NCBI RefSeq assembly: GCF_006345805.1
Contig: NC_043003.1
Coordinates: 29,202,001-29,266,000, forward strand
Reading direction: 5' to 3'
DNA: 64,000 nt
Source of the DNA: Octopus sinensis
Lineage: Eukaryota
The translations under genes and the position numbers were made by a program. Below the pieces are notes generated by a model that was given only the letters and a program-made list of their open reading frames with translations, did no database searches and was not told where the DNA came from. Below are positions 37,601 through 49,512 of this stretch, one piece after another; the stretch's first letter is position 1; every line of letters begins with the position of its first letter.

Positions 37601-37933
37601 AAGTATCAAGAATGTGATTTTATGAGGATACTTTTCCTGATGGAGGATATGTTGTCCTCATGGTTTGTAAGATTTATTAATTTTTCTACCAGGACGTGAA
37701 CTCTAGAAACGGTCATTGAAAGTGAACCTCCTCGAACTGTATTATATACCCTATATACCATTTATATTTTTAAAAACCACACCAAACTCTATGGATCTTT
37801 TAATCAAAACTCTTAACCGCACTTAATTTCAGTACAAAAAAATTTTTTTCAGTCCTCTTTTTCTCACACTTCCTTCCATACATATCCCACATGGGTTTTA
37901 ATTTATATGTATTTTTATATACATTTATATATA

Positions 37934-37965
<32 letters not shown>

Positions 37966-38241
37966 TTATTTTATATATATTTTTTAAAATATTCATGTGT
38001 CGATACTTATTAATACACATTTTAAGTCGAATTTATAAATGTATGAGTATGGTTACCTAATTTGAGTTTATATCTTAATTCGTAGCTTTTGTATCGGGTT
38101 CCTCTCGAGCACTTCTTTTTAACAGTTCTATATATTCTATATATACAGAAAGAACATTAATAATATTATATACATATATATATATATGTACATGCATATG
38201 TATGTAGTTACATACATCTTATATATGTGTATATGTATATA

Positions 38242-38280
<39 letters not shown>

Positions 38281-38422
38281 TATATATATATAAATATAAA
38301 TAAATGCACATACATATATGCATATGTACATATGTATATATTCATGCACATGCATACACTCTCTCTCCCTCCCTCTCTCTCTCTCTCTCACACACAAAAT
38401 AACATGTACTTTATTATGTTAG

Positions 38423-38574
38423 ATGCCAGTATTGCTACATCAACCAAAGAGACTGACCACTGTGTGCCAAATCACCAAGACTCCCTTACGGAAGAACCAT
38501 CAGATACTTCGGACTATGACAGGAACTTGATCGACATGGCTAAGAAGACTGTTAGCAACAGTAACCCATCCCAG
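38423..38574 (+). CDS. Coding exon 4 (DASIATSTKETDHCVPNHQDSLTEEPSDTSDYDRNLIDMAKKTVSNSNPSQ)
   Basis: ttattatgttag acceptor, phase 1 matches exon 3, donor CAG|gtgagc. Confidence 0.75.
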
Positions 38575-38708
38575 GTGAGCCTCTCTCCACTTCTTTCTCA
38601 TATAAAGCCAATATAGAACATTAGAGAAAAACCACTATTATGCAATTCAAACAATGATAGACATAAACCAAATCATAAATAAAAAATCAAATATATTTTA
38701 AAACATAT

Positions 38709-38740
<32 letters not shown>

Positions 38741-39004
38741 TAGATAAAAAAAAAGTACAAAAATGAATAAACAATATATAATAAGTAAAAATATTGTTTA
38801 TTCATTTTTGGACTTTTTGTGATCTAGTTGTATGTTTTAAAATAAATTTTATTTATGATTTGGTTTATGTCTATCATTGTTTGGATTGCATAATAGTGGT
38901 TTTTCTCTAATTTATATATATTATATATTTATATTGTGAAATTTGATTTAATACTTAATTGAATTTTTCCCTGTAAGTTTTGGAGTTATACTCCCTAATA
39001 TTAT

Positions 39005-39060
<56 letters not shown>

Positions 39061-39647
39061 TGTTGTATTTCGGAATGGTCATTTTGCCAGTTTAGCCAAT
39101 AAAAACACACGCACTATATATTTGGTGTTACTTTGCTTCAGTGTTATTTATTTTTTACATTAATCTTAATCTTATTTTGGCCAGAGTTCTTTCGTCACAC
39201 TCCTGTGACCGCATCAGTCATTTGAAGGCTAAAACAATGTGTAGCAACATCTGATAGCCTGGTCGGTCACGTGATCATGTGATATTTTCTTTAATAATGA
39301 GGAAGTCAAAAATTTAAATATTAGATATGTAACTAGCCAAGTCCTTCAATGTTTTCTGTCTCATTTCAAATAATGGTGAGTGGAAGAATGAATATGCAAG
39401 TAATTGAAAAAATTCTGTGTATATTTTAAATCTCACCTACTGAAGAGGACAAATTTGAGCTTTATGATGTTCTATTTATGAAAATCTTGGTCCTTTTGTC
39501 TGAAACAATTGTATGAGAATATGAAATATGAAATAAAAACTTAATCTGTTTTTTACATCCAATCTGATTCATTTTATTTGATGAAATTTATTAAACTTTG
39601 GTTAAAAAATAACTTTAATATTGATTATTTCTTTATGTGTATATATA

Positions 39648-39786
39648 TGGCATTAGGAAGGGCATCCAGCCGTAGAAACATTGCCAGATTTGACTGGGCC
39701 TGATGAAGCCTTCTGGCTTCACAGACCCCAGTAGAACCGTCCAACCCATGCTAGCATGGAAAACGGACGCTAAACGATGATGATGA

Positions 39787-39790
<4 letters not shown>
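39648..39790 (+). mobile_element. RTE LINE 3' terminal fragment in (TA)n
   Basis: ggcattaggaagggcatccagccgtagaa...ggaaaacggacgctaaacgatgatgatgat. Confidence 0.8.
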
Positions 39791-39825
<35 letters not shown>

Positions 39826-40404
39826 AGATCGTTAGCCACTACACACATTTTTTCTCTCCTTGTTTTTTCTGTGTACCTTTCTGTAGAAGAGCGTAGGCTC
39901 GAAACTTTAAAAAATTTTTTATATTCCTGAGCGTTATACTAATACATCTGTTTGTTTTGTACACCACCTGTCTTCATCTTTTGTTTTTTTCGTAAACTTT
40001 CCCTATATATATATATATATATACGTATATTCACACACACACACATATTTATATTCCCAGTTATTCCCAGCAACTTCTTGCTGTTGACACTACCAAAAGT
40101 TAACAATATTATCTTTAAAGGCATGAGATTGTAAGGTTTTTGGGAACTGACAAGGAAAGAGCAGCATCAATGTCTTGTGGGTCAATCTTCCATTTGTTCC
40201 TTTGTTGTGTTTCTGTTTAAGTTTTAGAACTTATACCCACACACACAACAAACTTCTTTCAATTTTCATCTATCAGTTTCACTTGCAAATTACTAATCAA
40301 GCCATGACTAATGTTGAAGACACCAGCCTATAATAAATCACCTCCATCAGATTTAAACACTTGTAGAATTCATTGAATTAAATATGTACTTTTATTATTC
40401 TCAG

Positions 40405-40516
40405 GAGAGGCTCTCAGAAAGTTCCAGTTCTTCAGAAGAGGCAGAACGAGTCCAACGGGACCGCAGATCTCGTCTCTTGAGAAAGCGGAAACTGCAGAAA
40501 CTGGCTCGGCAGTCAA
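40405..40516 (+). CDS. Coding exon 5 (ERLSESSSSSEEAERVQRDRRSRLLRKRKLQKLARQS), basic NLS-like tract
   Basis: ttattctcag acceptor, phase 0, donor A|gtgagt. Confidence 0.75.
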
Positions 40517-41460
40517 GTGAGTATTTTGCATCAGACATCTCAGAAATCACCATGGTCATCAACAACACCATCGTCATTATAATTATCATCATCATCATCG
40601 TCTTTATAACCATTGTTACCAACGTTTTACTAACACCATAAGCAGCAGCAACAGCAGCAGAATCAACATGCTACACAGTTTAATTAATCCTTGTTGACCG
40701 GTAGCCACATCAATGGGACTATAGGAGGGGAGCTTTCTTACTCACTGTGCTATGGACATTTGCTATTTATCCCTCTGCCTTGTATTGTTGTTGGGGTGGA
40801 AATGAGAGTTGCAAGTCTGATCAAGTGGTAATGGAATTTGACTACCAATACATAGGTCTTGATTTCAAACCCATTGCTGATATTTCATTGCTTACTGAAG
40901 ACCTGAACACTTCATTTTACAACATTGCTTCTGTTTCCCGGTGTATCAAAAAATAATTATTAAAATTAAAAATTAAATCAAAGAAGTTGATCACTGAGAG
41001 ACACCATCTGCATGAAAAACAATAGTTAAGTTACTACATTTGTTAATATAGTAAGCCTTAACAATCAAAAATTTAGTCAAAAATAATAATTACTTGATGA
41101 AAAAAAGACAGCATTAGCTCATTGAGTTTTAATTAGTGATTAAGTAATACTACCTTTTCCTTATTGCATAATTATTCTTAATTACACTTTTTAAAATTTT
41201 TTCTGTATAAAAATATATTAAATTTAACTTAGCTATTGTTTACCTGGGTCTCAGACAAACTTCTGGTAATATTTCCAGAAATAAATAAACTTTCTGTCCT
41301 ATAGGACTTCTGTCTTTCTTTTGGTAAAAGCCATGAAGAACCAGTCTTTTGGAGTCATTAAATTTTTTTTGTTTCGTTCTAAATCCATTTGATACCAACC
41401 TGTCTGGGACTGTCCTGGTTCTGTAATACCATCTTATTGTTGTAAAATAAACTAAAGTAA

Positions 41461-41688
41461 CCCTTTAGCAGGTCAACCTGCCATATCAGGCCAAACAAAA
41501 TATTTTACCTGTTTTATATTCAAACTAACCAGATCCAGCCTCTCAGACTTATTCCTCAATGTTATTCTAGTCATTCTAAAAATAAGGAATCGCCTCATCA
41601 AAGTCTCAAAGCTATGAGATAACACATGATTAATTCCAACCAATATGAATAGCATTACATTTGACAGAGTAATCTGAATGTTAAAGGG
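41461..41688. mobile_element. piggyBac-type MITE, inverted relative of 19430-19647
   Basis: taa|ccctttagca...tgttaaaggg|ttaa. Confidence 0.65.
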
Positions 41689-41744
41689 TTAAAACCCTTT
41701 TCCATCAAAAAATTATGTTAATTTACATTCCAAATACTGAGACC

Positions 41745-42075
41745 CTTTCGGTCATGACACAGACCGTGGGATTGCACCTAGAAAGTTACCCTCCCAGGCA
41801 CAAGTCTGGGCAAGGTTGTTTATGGTAGACCAGCAGTCGCCCATGCATACCAGCCTCCCCTCTCCATGCCACCAATGTTTTCCAAGGGAAAGGCTAAGGT
41901 CGATACGGCTTGGCACCTGTGACGTCGCAATTCATTTGTACAGCTGAGTGAACTGGAGGAACGTGAAATAAAGTGTCTTGCTCAAGAACACAACACACAG
42001 CCTGGTCCGGGATTCGAGCTCTCAACCTCACGATTGTAAGTTCGACGCTCTAACCACTGAGCCATGCACCTTCAC
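41745..42075 (-). mobile_element. SINE family E
   Basis: gtgaaataaagtgtcttgctcaagaacacaacac...cgctctaaccactgagccatgcacc. Confidence 0.75.
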
Positions 42076-42659
42076 TTAGCTATGCGCATTCCAAATATTA
42101 GATTAATAATAATAACAAAGTTATTTCACTAAATTCATCTTTATTTTCAAAATTGATTGAAGCAGTTTTAGTTTAGTTTGGCTGTCTTCTCGAATGCTTC
42201 AATGATTTCATGCAAGCATGCCATCTATCATGGTTCCTCGTGCATGTTGTTAAATTTCAACATTTGTGATTCCACTGTCTTGAAGCAAGTTGTCCACAAA
42301 GGTTAGACATTTTCTTTTCCTGTTGTCTCTTCCTTCAACTGACTGCCATAAGACCAGTTGACGCACACGTTCTTCTGAGTGCCTGATGCAATGACCAGAC
42401 ATTCTCATTCTTCTCTGCTGAATATTCTGTCACTTTGAGCAGATCTTGATGAAGCTGCTTGTTGGTTAAATGAGTTCTCCATGTAACTTTCTTGTGTAGC
42501 AGCCATCTATTTGGTTTTCACACCTTTTGGTAACGGACCAAGTTTCGGCACCATATAACAAAACTGACTCTACCATGGAAACAAACAATCTAATTTTCAA
42601 TTTACCATATTTCTGATGAAATATTTTGCATTTGCTTCAATTGTACAAATTGTGTAAAA

Positions 42660-43570
42660 TCTGGATTTCTAACATGGCATGGAAATTGAAAGAAAGTGAA
42701 AGATACTCTTACCCACTTTCTTCCTAACAACTTTGGTCTTCGTTAGGTTAACGTTTGATTCCAGGTTTTGCTTCCATACCTGAAATTTCTTCTCTAATTC
42801 TGCAATAAGGCTAAATACTTCTCCTGCAGTTGTTTCTCTAGGAAGATGGCTTCTGTGGTTTTCTTCCCAAGCACAGAAGCATCTCATCTAGTTTAATTCT
42901 ATTCCTATCCAGTTGCGCTATAATTCTCTGTAACTTTTATGACCTGGTCCAGCAGTTTGATGCCTTTGTAATTGTTTCTATCTAAGGCATCACCTTATAG
43001 CAGCTAACTATAATACTACTACACCAGTTGTTGGAGATGACACCTTCCTGGATAACCTGATTATCTTTAGTAGTGACTTGGCCATTTCCTGCTCTGCCAG
43101 GTATTTTAAGCATCTCCCAGGGGCTTTCCCTGTCTTCATATCTTTAATTGCCTTTTCTATTATGCTGCTATCAACTCTGATGGCTAGTTCCTCAGATGGT
43201 TCTATACCTGAAAGGCTCTCCTTCTGTACATTCTCACAGTTGGTAACCTTTCATAGTGACACTTTTATACATCTTTCTTCACTGAATCACTAATTGCAAG
43301 CATACTATTGTCCATTCACATATATTTCTTACCCATCACATCTCTATTCTCTGATACACTGCTTTACAACCCTGAACATCTCACACCTCTGATCCTCATG
43401 TTGTAGAACATTGGCAAATCTTTTACCTTCTGCTATTCCTTTTGCTATGTAAACCTGTCACCCAGCTTCTCTTCATGCTACCTGATATAATTCTCTACTT
43501 CCACTATTTTTCCAGGCTTTCCAGGCCTGCCTCTTTGCTGTAGAAATACAATTTGATTTTCATGACCTTG
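42660..43570 (-). mobile_element. Old, internally deleted RTE LINE fragment
   Basis: Minus strand gives MKTGKAPG and ELEKKFQVWKQNLESNVNLTKTKVV, matching the main LINE. Confidence 0.7.
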
Positions 43571-43656
43571 TGTCAGTAGTCCAACACCTTAACTTAACTT
43601 ACACCCAGTGTATCTTTGTTTTAAATTTTAAATATGTATATGTATGTATGTGTGTG

Positions 43657-43690
<34 letters not shown>

Positions 43691-43695
<5 letters not shown>

Positions 43696-45596
43696 TATTA
43701 TAAAAGGCAGATTTTATCTGCCTCCCTTTGGGAGTTATACAAATCTACAATATAGGATTTCTTCAATTACAATTTACCTAGCATTTTTGAGAGTACAATG
43801 CATCGCGTCATGCCAGGTCCAGTTTTTAAAATTTAAACTCCAATTAAGCAAAATTTACAGAAAACTCACATTCTGGTGTGTGTGTCAAATGCTTTTCTTA
43901 GTCTGGTTTACACCACACGCAAACGCACACACACAGTGGGCAACGAATAAAATGAAAGTAATTCACTTACTGTAGTGAGTGATTCTTTCACTCTGCCTCC
44001 CACTTCCTCTTTCCACACATAGACACGCAAATATATAAATAAAATTGTAAGCTAACGTGCGTGTGTGTGTGTGTGTGTGTGTGTAGCATGTGTGTGTGCT
44101 TGTATGTGACAGGAAAGTTTTTTACGAAGAATATAAGACCTATATCCAAGTAGCAGAAAGATAAGACAGTAAGGTGTGATTTGAAGGAGATTTGGCTGCT
44201 ATTTCTACCATGTCTAGCTGCCATGTAGGGGTCTCCCTCATAGGCTCATACATACATATATACATAGATAAGACAGTAAGGTGTGATTTGGGGGAAATTT
44301 GGCTGCTATTTCTACCAGGTCTAGCTACCATGTAGAGGTCCCCCTCATTGGCTCATATATATACATACATAAGACAGTAAGGTGTGATTTGAGGGAGATT
44401 TGGCTGCTGTTTCTACCAGGTCTGTTAGGCCTTCTCATGTAAACTCAAGCTTTCTCATGCCTTGAACATAAGACCAAAGCAGAGAATGTATTCTTTTATT
44501 CTTCTGCTTTTTCCAGCCATTGGTCTGTGGCCATGCTGGGGCAATGCCTTGAAGAATTGTAGTTTAATGAATCAACTCCACTTTTATTTTTGTAAGCATT
44601 GTACTTATTCGATCTGTTTCCTTTGTCAAACCACTAGGTGACAGGGATGTAAACAAACCAACATTCGTTGTCAAGCAGTGGTGGAGGACAATCACAAGCA
44701 CAGACACGCACACACACACACACATACATGCATACACATATACACACATACATACATACATACATATATATATATATGTGTGTATATATATATTGCAGCG
44801 TGGAAGGTGTTTGTAAGCCATTTAAGAAACACACAAAAACCGTTACATTCACTTCAACATTTAAATTTAATTTGCCAAAATATTTTCGTCGCTTTGAGAC
44901 CGCGACCTGTTCACTGACAAAAATATCGTGCTAACAGGTCGCGGTCTCAAAGCGACGAAAATATTTTCACAAATTAAATTTACATGTTGAAGTGAATCTA
45001 ACGGTTTTTGTGTGTTTCTTAAATGGCTTATAAACACCTTCAACGCTGCAACTGTTTTCGTTCCAGCACACGATCTCAGATCAAGTCACTTGCTATGCAA
45101 GTACATCTCTGTAACTATATATATATTTATATATATATATATATATATATTGGTAAAAACAGTAAGATAACAAAAGAAAGAAAGAGACCTCAATATTATG
45201 TAAATAGAGGAAATCTTTATATATAAAAGTGAGGTTGTGTGTCTGTCTCCTACGATTTAGATTCCTAACTACTCCCACATTTTGCGGTGCAGTTTAACCA
45301 AAACCGGGTATCTTATAGTCGTGATTCATATCGAGACCGTCTGGGTATTAGCGCGCGTCTACGATTTAAAAAAAAATTTACCATCAATTTTTCCCATTTT
45401 TAATCCATTTTTGACATATATAAGGGAAGTAACTCTCTAAAATTTATTATTCAATCTCAGAACGTAAAAAGCTACAGTAACACCCCTCCCCCTTTGTGGT
45501 TAGCCATATTGAGATGGCTATTATACTTTACATCTCTAAAAATGCTTATATAATTATTTCCCTTACAAACCCGAGCAACGCCGGGTGATACTGCTA

Positions 45597-45597
<1 letters not shown>
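43691..45597 (+). mobile_element. Composite non-autonomous Helitron unit 1 (type-A 5' end, filler, type-B element 45214-45597)
   Basis: A|TCTCTTATTATAAAAGGCAG start; end ACCCGAGCAACGCCGGGtgatactgCTAG|T (GC hairpin plus CTAG). Confidence 0.8.
44793..45051. repeat. 259-bp foldback palindrome (copy 2 at 46751-47009)
   Basis: About 118-bp arms ttgcagcgtggaaggtg...gcgacctgtt / aacaggtcgc...ccttcaacgctgcaa around a roughly 20-nt spacer. Confidence 0.9.
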
Positions 45598-45629
<32 letters not shown>

Positions 45630-45634
<5 letters not shown>

Positions 45635-45995
45635 TATTATAAAAGGCAGATTTTATCTGCCTCCCTTTGGGAGTTATACAAATCTACAATATAGGATTTC
45701 TTCAATTACAATTTACCTAGCATTTTTGAGAGTACAATGCATCGCGTCATGCCAGGTCCAGTTTTTAAAATTTAAACTCCAATTAAGCAAAATTTACAGA
45801 AAACTCACATTCTGGTGTGTGTGTCAAATGCTTTTCTTAGTCTGGTTTACACCACACGCAAACGCACACACACAGTGGGCAACGAATAAAATGAAAGTAA
45901 TTCACTTACTGTAGTGAGTGATTCTTTCACTCTGCCTCCCACTTCCTCTTTCCACACATAGACACGCAAATATATAAATAAAATTGTAAGCTAAC

Positions 45996-46031
<36 letters not shown>

Positions 46032-47553
46032 ATGTGTGTGTGAGGGTGCGTGTGTGTGTGCTTGTATGTGACAGGAAAGTTTTTTACGAAGAATATAAGA
46101 CCTATATCCAAGTAGCAGAAAGATAAGACAGTAAGGTGTGATTTGAAGGAGATTTGGCTGCTATTTCTACCATATCTAGCTGCCATGTAGGGGTCTCCCT
46201 CATAGGCTCATACATACATATATACATAGATAAGACAGTAAGGTGTGATTTGGGGGAAATTTGGCTGCTATTTCTACCAGGTCTAGCTACCATGTAGAGG
46301 TCCCCCTCATTGGCTCATATATATATACATACATAAGACAGTAAGGTGTGATTTGAGGGAGATTTGGCTGCTGTTTCTACCAGGTCTGTTAGGCCTTCTC
46401 ATGTAAACTCAAGCTTTCTCATGCCTTGAACATAAGACCAAAGCAGAGAATGTATTCTTTTATTCTTCTGCTTTTTCCAGCCATTGGTCTGTGGCCATGC
46501 TGGGGCAATGCCTTGAAGAATTGTAGTTTAATGAATCAACTCCACTTTTATTTTTGTAAGCATTGTACTTATTCTATCTGTTTCCTTTGTCAAACCACTA
46601 GGTGACAGGGATGTAAACAAACCAACATTCGTTGTCAAGCAGTGGTGGAGGACAATCACAAGCACAGACACGCACACACACACACATACATGCATACACA
46701 TATACACACATACATACATACATACATATATATATATGTGTGTATATATATTGCAGCGTGGAAGGTGTTTGTAAGCCATTTAAGAAACACACAAAAACCG
46801 TTACATTCACTTCAACATTTAAATTTAATTTGCCAAAATATTTTCGTCGCTTTGAGACCGCGACCTGTTCACTGACAAAAATATCGTGCTAACAGGTCGC
46901 GGTCTCAAAGCGACGAAAATATTTTCACAAATTAAATTTACATGTTGAAGTGAATCTAACGGTTTTTGTGTGTTTCTTAAATGGCTTATAAACACCTTCA
47001 ACGCTGCAACTGTTTTCGTTCCAGCACACGATCTCAGATCAAGTCACTTGCTATGCAAGTACATCTCTGTAACTATATATATATTTATATATATATATAT
47101 ATATATTGGTAAAAACAGTAAGATAACAAAAGAAAGAAAGAGACCTCAATATTATGTAAATAGAGGAAATCTTTATATATAAAAGTGAGGTTGTTTGTCT
47201 GTCTCCTACGATTTAGATTCCTAACTACTCCCACATTTTGCGGTGCAGTTTAACCAAAACCGGGTATCTTATAGTCGTGATTCATATCGAGACCGTCTGG
47301 GTATTAGCGCGCGTCTACGATTTAAAAAAAAATTTACCATCAATTTTTCCCATTTTTAATCCATTTTTGACATATATAAGGGAAGTAACTCTCTAAAATT
47401 TATTATTCAATCTCAGAACGTAAAAAGCTACAGTAACACCCCTCCCCCTTTGTGGTTAGCCATATTGAGATGGCTATTATACTTTACATCTCTAAAAATG
47501 CTTATATAATTATTTCCCTTACAAACCCGAGCAACGCCGGGCGATACTGCTAG
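45630..47553 (+). mobile_element. Composite Helitron unit 2, near-identical tandem copy of unit 1
   Basis: Same termini and filler; differs in microsatellite lengths and a few substitutions. Type-B element at 47170-47553. Confidence 0.8.
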
Positions 47554-47586
<33 letters not shown>

Positions 47587-47625
47587 ATATATATATATAT
47601 ATGTGTGTGTATATATATATATATA

Positions 47626-47666
<41 letters not shown>

Positions 47667-47685
47667 ATATATATATATATATATA

Positions 47686-49502
47686 TCTCTTATTATAAAA
47701 GGCAGATTTTATCTGCCTCCCTTTGGGAGTTATACAAATCTACAATATAGGATTTCTTCAATTACAATTTACCTAGCATTTTTAAGAGTACAATGCATCG
47801 CGTCATGCCAGGTCCAGTTTTTAAAATTTAAACTCCAATTAAGCAAAATTTACAGAAAACTCACATTCTGGTGTGTGTGTCAAATGCTTTTCTTAGTCTG
47901 GTTTACAGCACACGCAAACGCACACACACAGTGTGCAATGAATAAACTGAAACTAATTCACTGTGTGTTGACAGGTAGAAAATAGAATGCTATGGCGATG
48001 GCTATGGCGATGGCGATGGCTATGGCGATGGCGATGGCGATGGCTATGGCGATGGCGATGGCTATGGCGATGGCGATGGCTATGGCGATGGCGATGTAAT
48101 ATTTGTTTCTCTCTATGACGCTCATAAAAGCATTGATGTACATGTGTGCGTGCGTGAGTGTGTGTGTGTCATTCCTCACACACACGCATACACATCGTTA
48201 CCAAACCGCCCGAAAAAAATTTTGGTTAATGTGACCAAGCCGCCCGAATTTACCTATTCATATTTAAATGAGAATATCAGAGTAAATCTCTTTAGAACAT
48301 TCGTGAAAACACGTATTATACTTCGTAAACAGTTCAACTACAGTTTTGTACAAAAATCGAAGTGTAATTTTAATTCCGTGAATTATGGGAGATTTTTTTC
48401 CGAAATTTGTTCCTATTGTGTTTTCAAAATTTGTAATTCTGACAAAAAATGGATACGAATTTCATTATATCAAGCAGCGAGTCAGAATTCGAAGGATTTT
48501 CTACTGAAGACCTTCATAAATCTAACTCTATGACTGAAAAAAAAAAGCATGTGGTATTTGATCTCAACCTAAACAAAGCGAAAGAAACGATAGTTTGTTA
48601 TTTCCCACAACCTTAAATGAAATTAAGGCCTATTTTACCATAAATATTATTATGGGTATTAGAAAGTTACCCAGAATAACAAATTCTATCGTAAAATTTT
48701 GTTGTATACCCAATTGAATATTAGCTAATAACCCATTTTCTATAGCGATGTTTGAACAAAGTTTTAATAATTTTATATATTGTTGAATTTACCTGTATCT
48801 ACCTGCAATTAGAGTCACTTTGTGACAAAAATTATAGTATAGAATTGGTTGAGAACATTTCACTAAATTATCTTCCAAAAATCAGATTAATATATTCATA
48901 AATAAAAAAGTTATAGTTGTTTAATGAAACCAGACTAAATTTATGATTACGTTAGAAATTAATTGAAACACATAAGGGGTGTATTTTGGTCAGAAATATA
49001 GTAACGAAAGGGTTGAGAAAAACCAAAAAATATTTTATTCTTTGTAAATGATGTGTTCAAAATAACATTTTCTTTTAAGAATGTGTATATAACAAAGTAT
49101 GTGTATATAACTACGTGGCTTATATCTTTATATATAAGAGTGAAGTTGTGTGTCTGTCTCCTATGATTTAGATTCGTAACTACTCCCACATTTTGCGGTG
49201 CAGTTTAACCAAAAGCGGGTATCTTATAGTCGTGATTCATATCGAGCCCTTCTGGGTATTAGCGCGTGTCTACGATGAGTCTACGATTTAAAAAAAATTT
49301 ACCATCATATTTTTCGTTATTATATAACGGAAGTAACTCTCTAAAAATATCTACGATGTGTCAACGATTTTAAAAAAAAATTACCTTAATTTTTTTTCAA
49401 TTTTTAATGCATTTTTTTGCTATTTTTTGGCCATAACTCTCTAAAAATGCTTATATAGTTATTTCCCTTACAAACCCGAGCAACGCCGGGCGATACTGCT
49501 AG
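47686..49502 (+). mobile_element. Composite Helitron unit 3 (hexamer array, piggyBac fragment, type-B element 49125-49502)
   Basis: TC start, hairpin-CTAG end; 48580-49502 is shared with unit 5. Confidence 0.8.
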
Positions 49503-49512
49503 TATATATATA

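Noticed and set aside
47958-48185. IAIAIA / GYGDGD repeat protein
   Set aside because: Translation of a hexamer microsatellite inside a mobile element.
48144-48533. 129-aa ORF in Helitron unit 3 as a Rep/helicase fragment
   Set aside because: No HUH or PIF1 helicase motif is recognisable by eye; a profile search would be needed.
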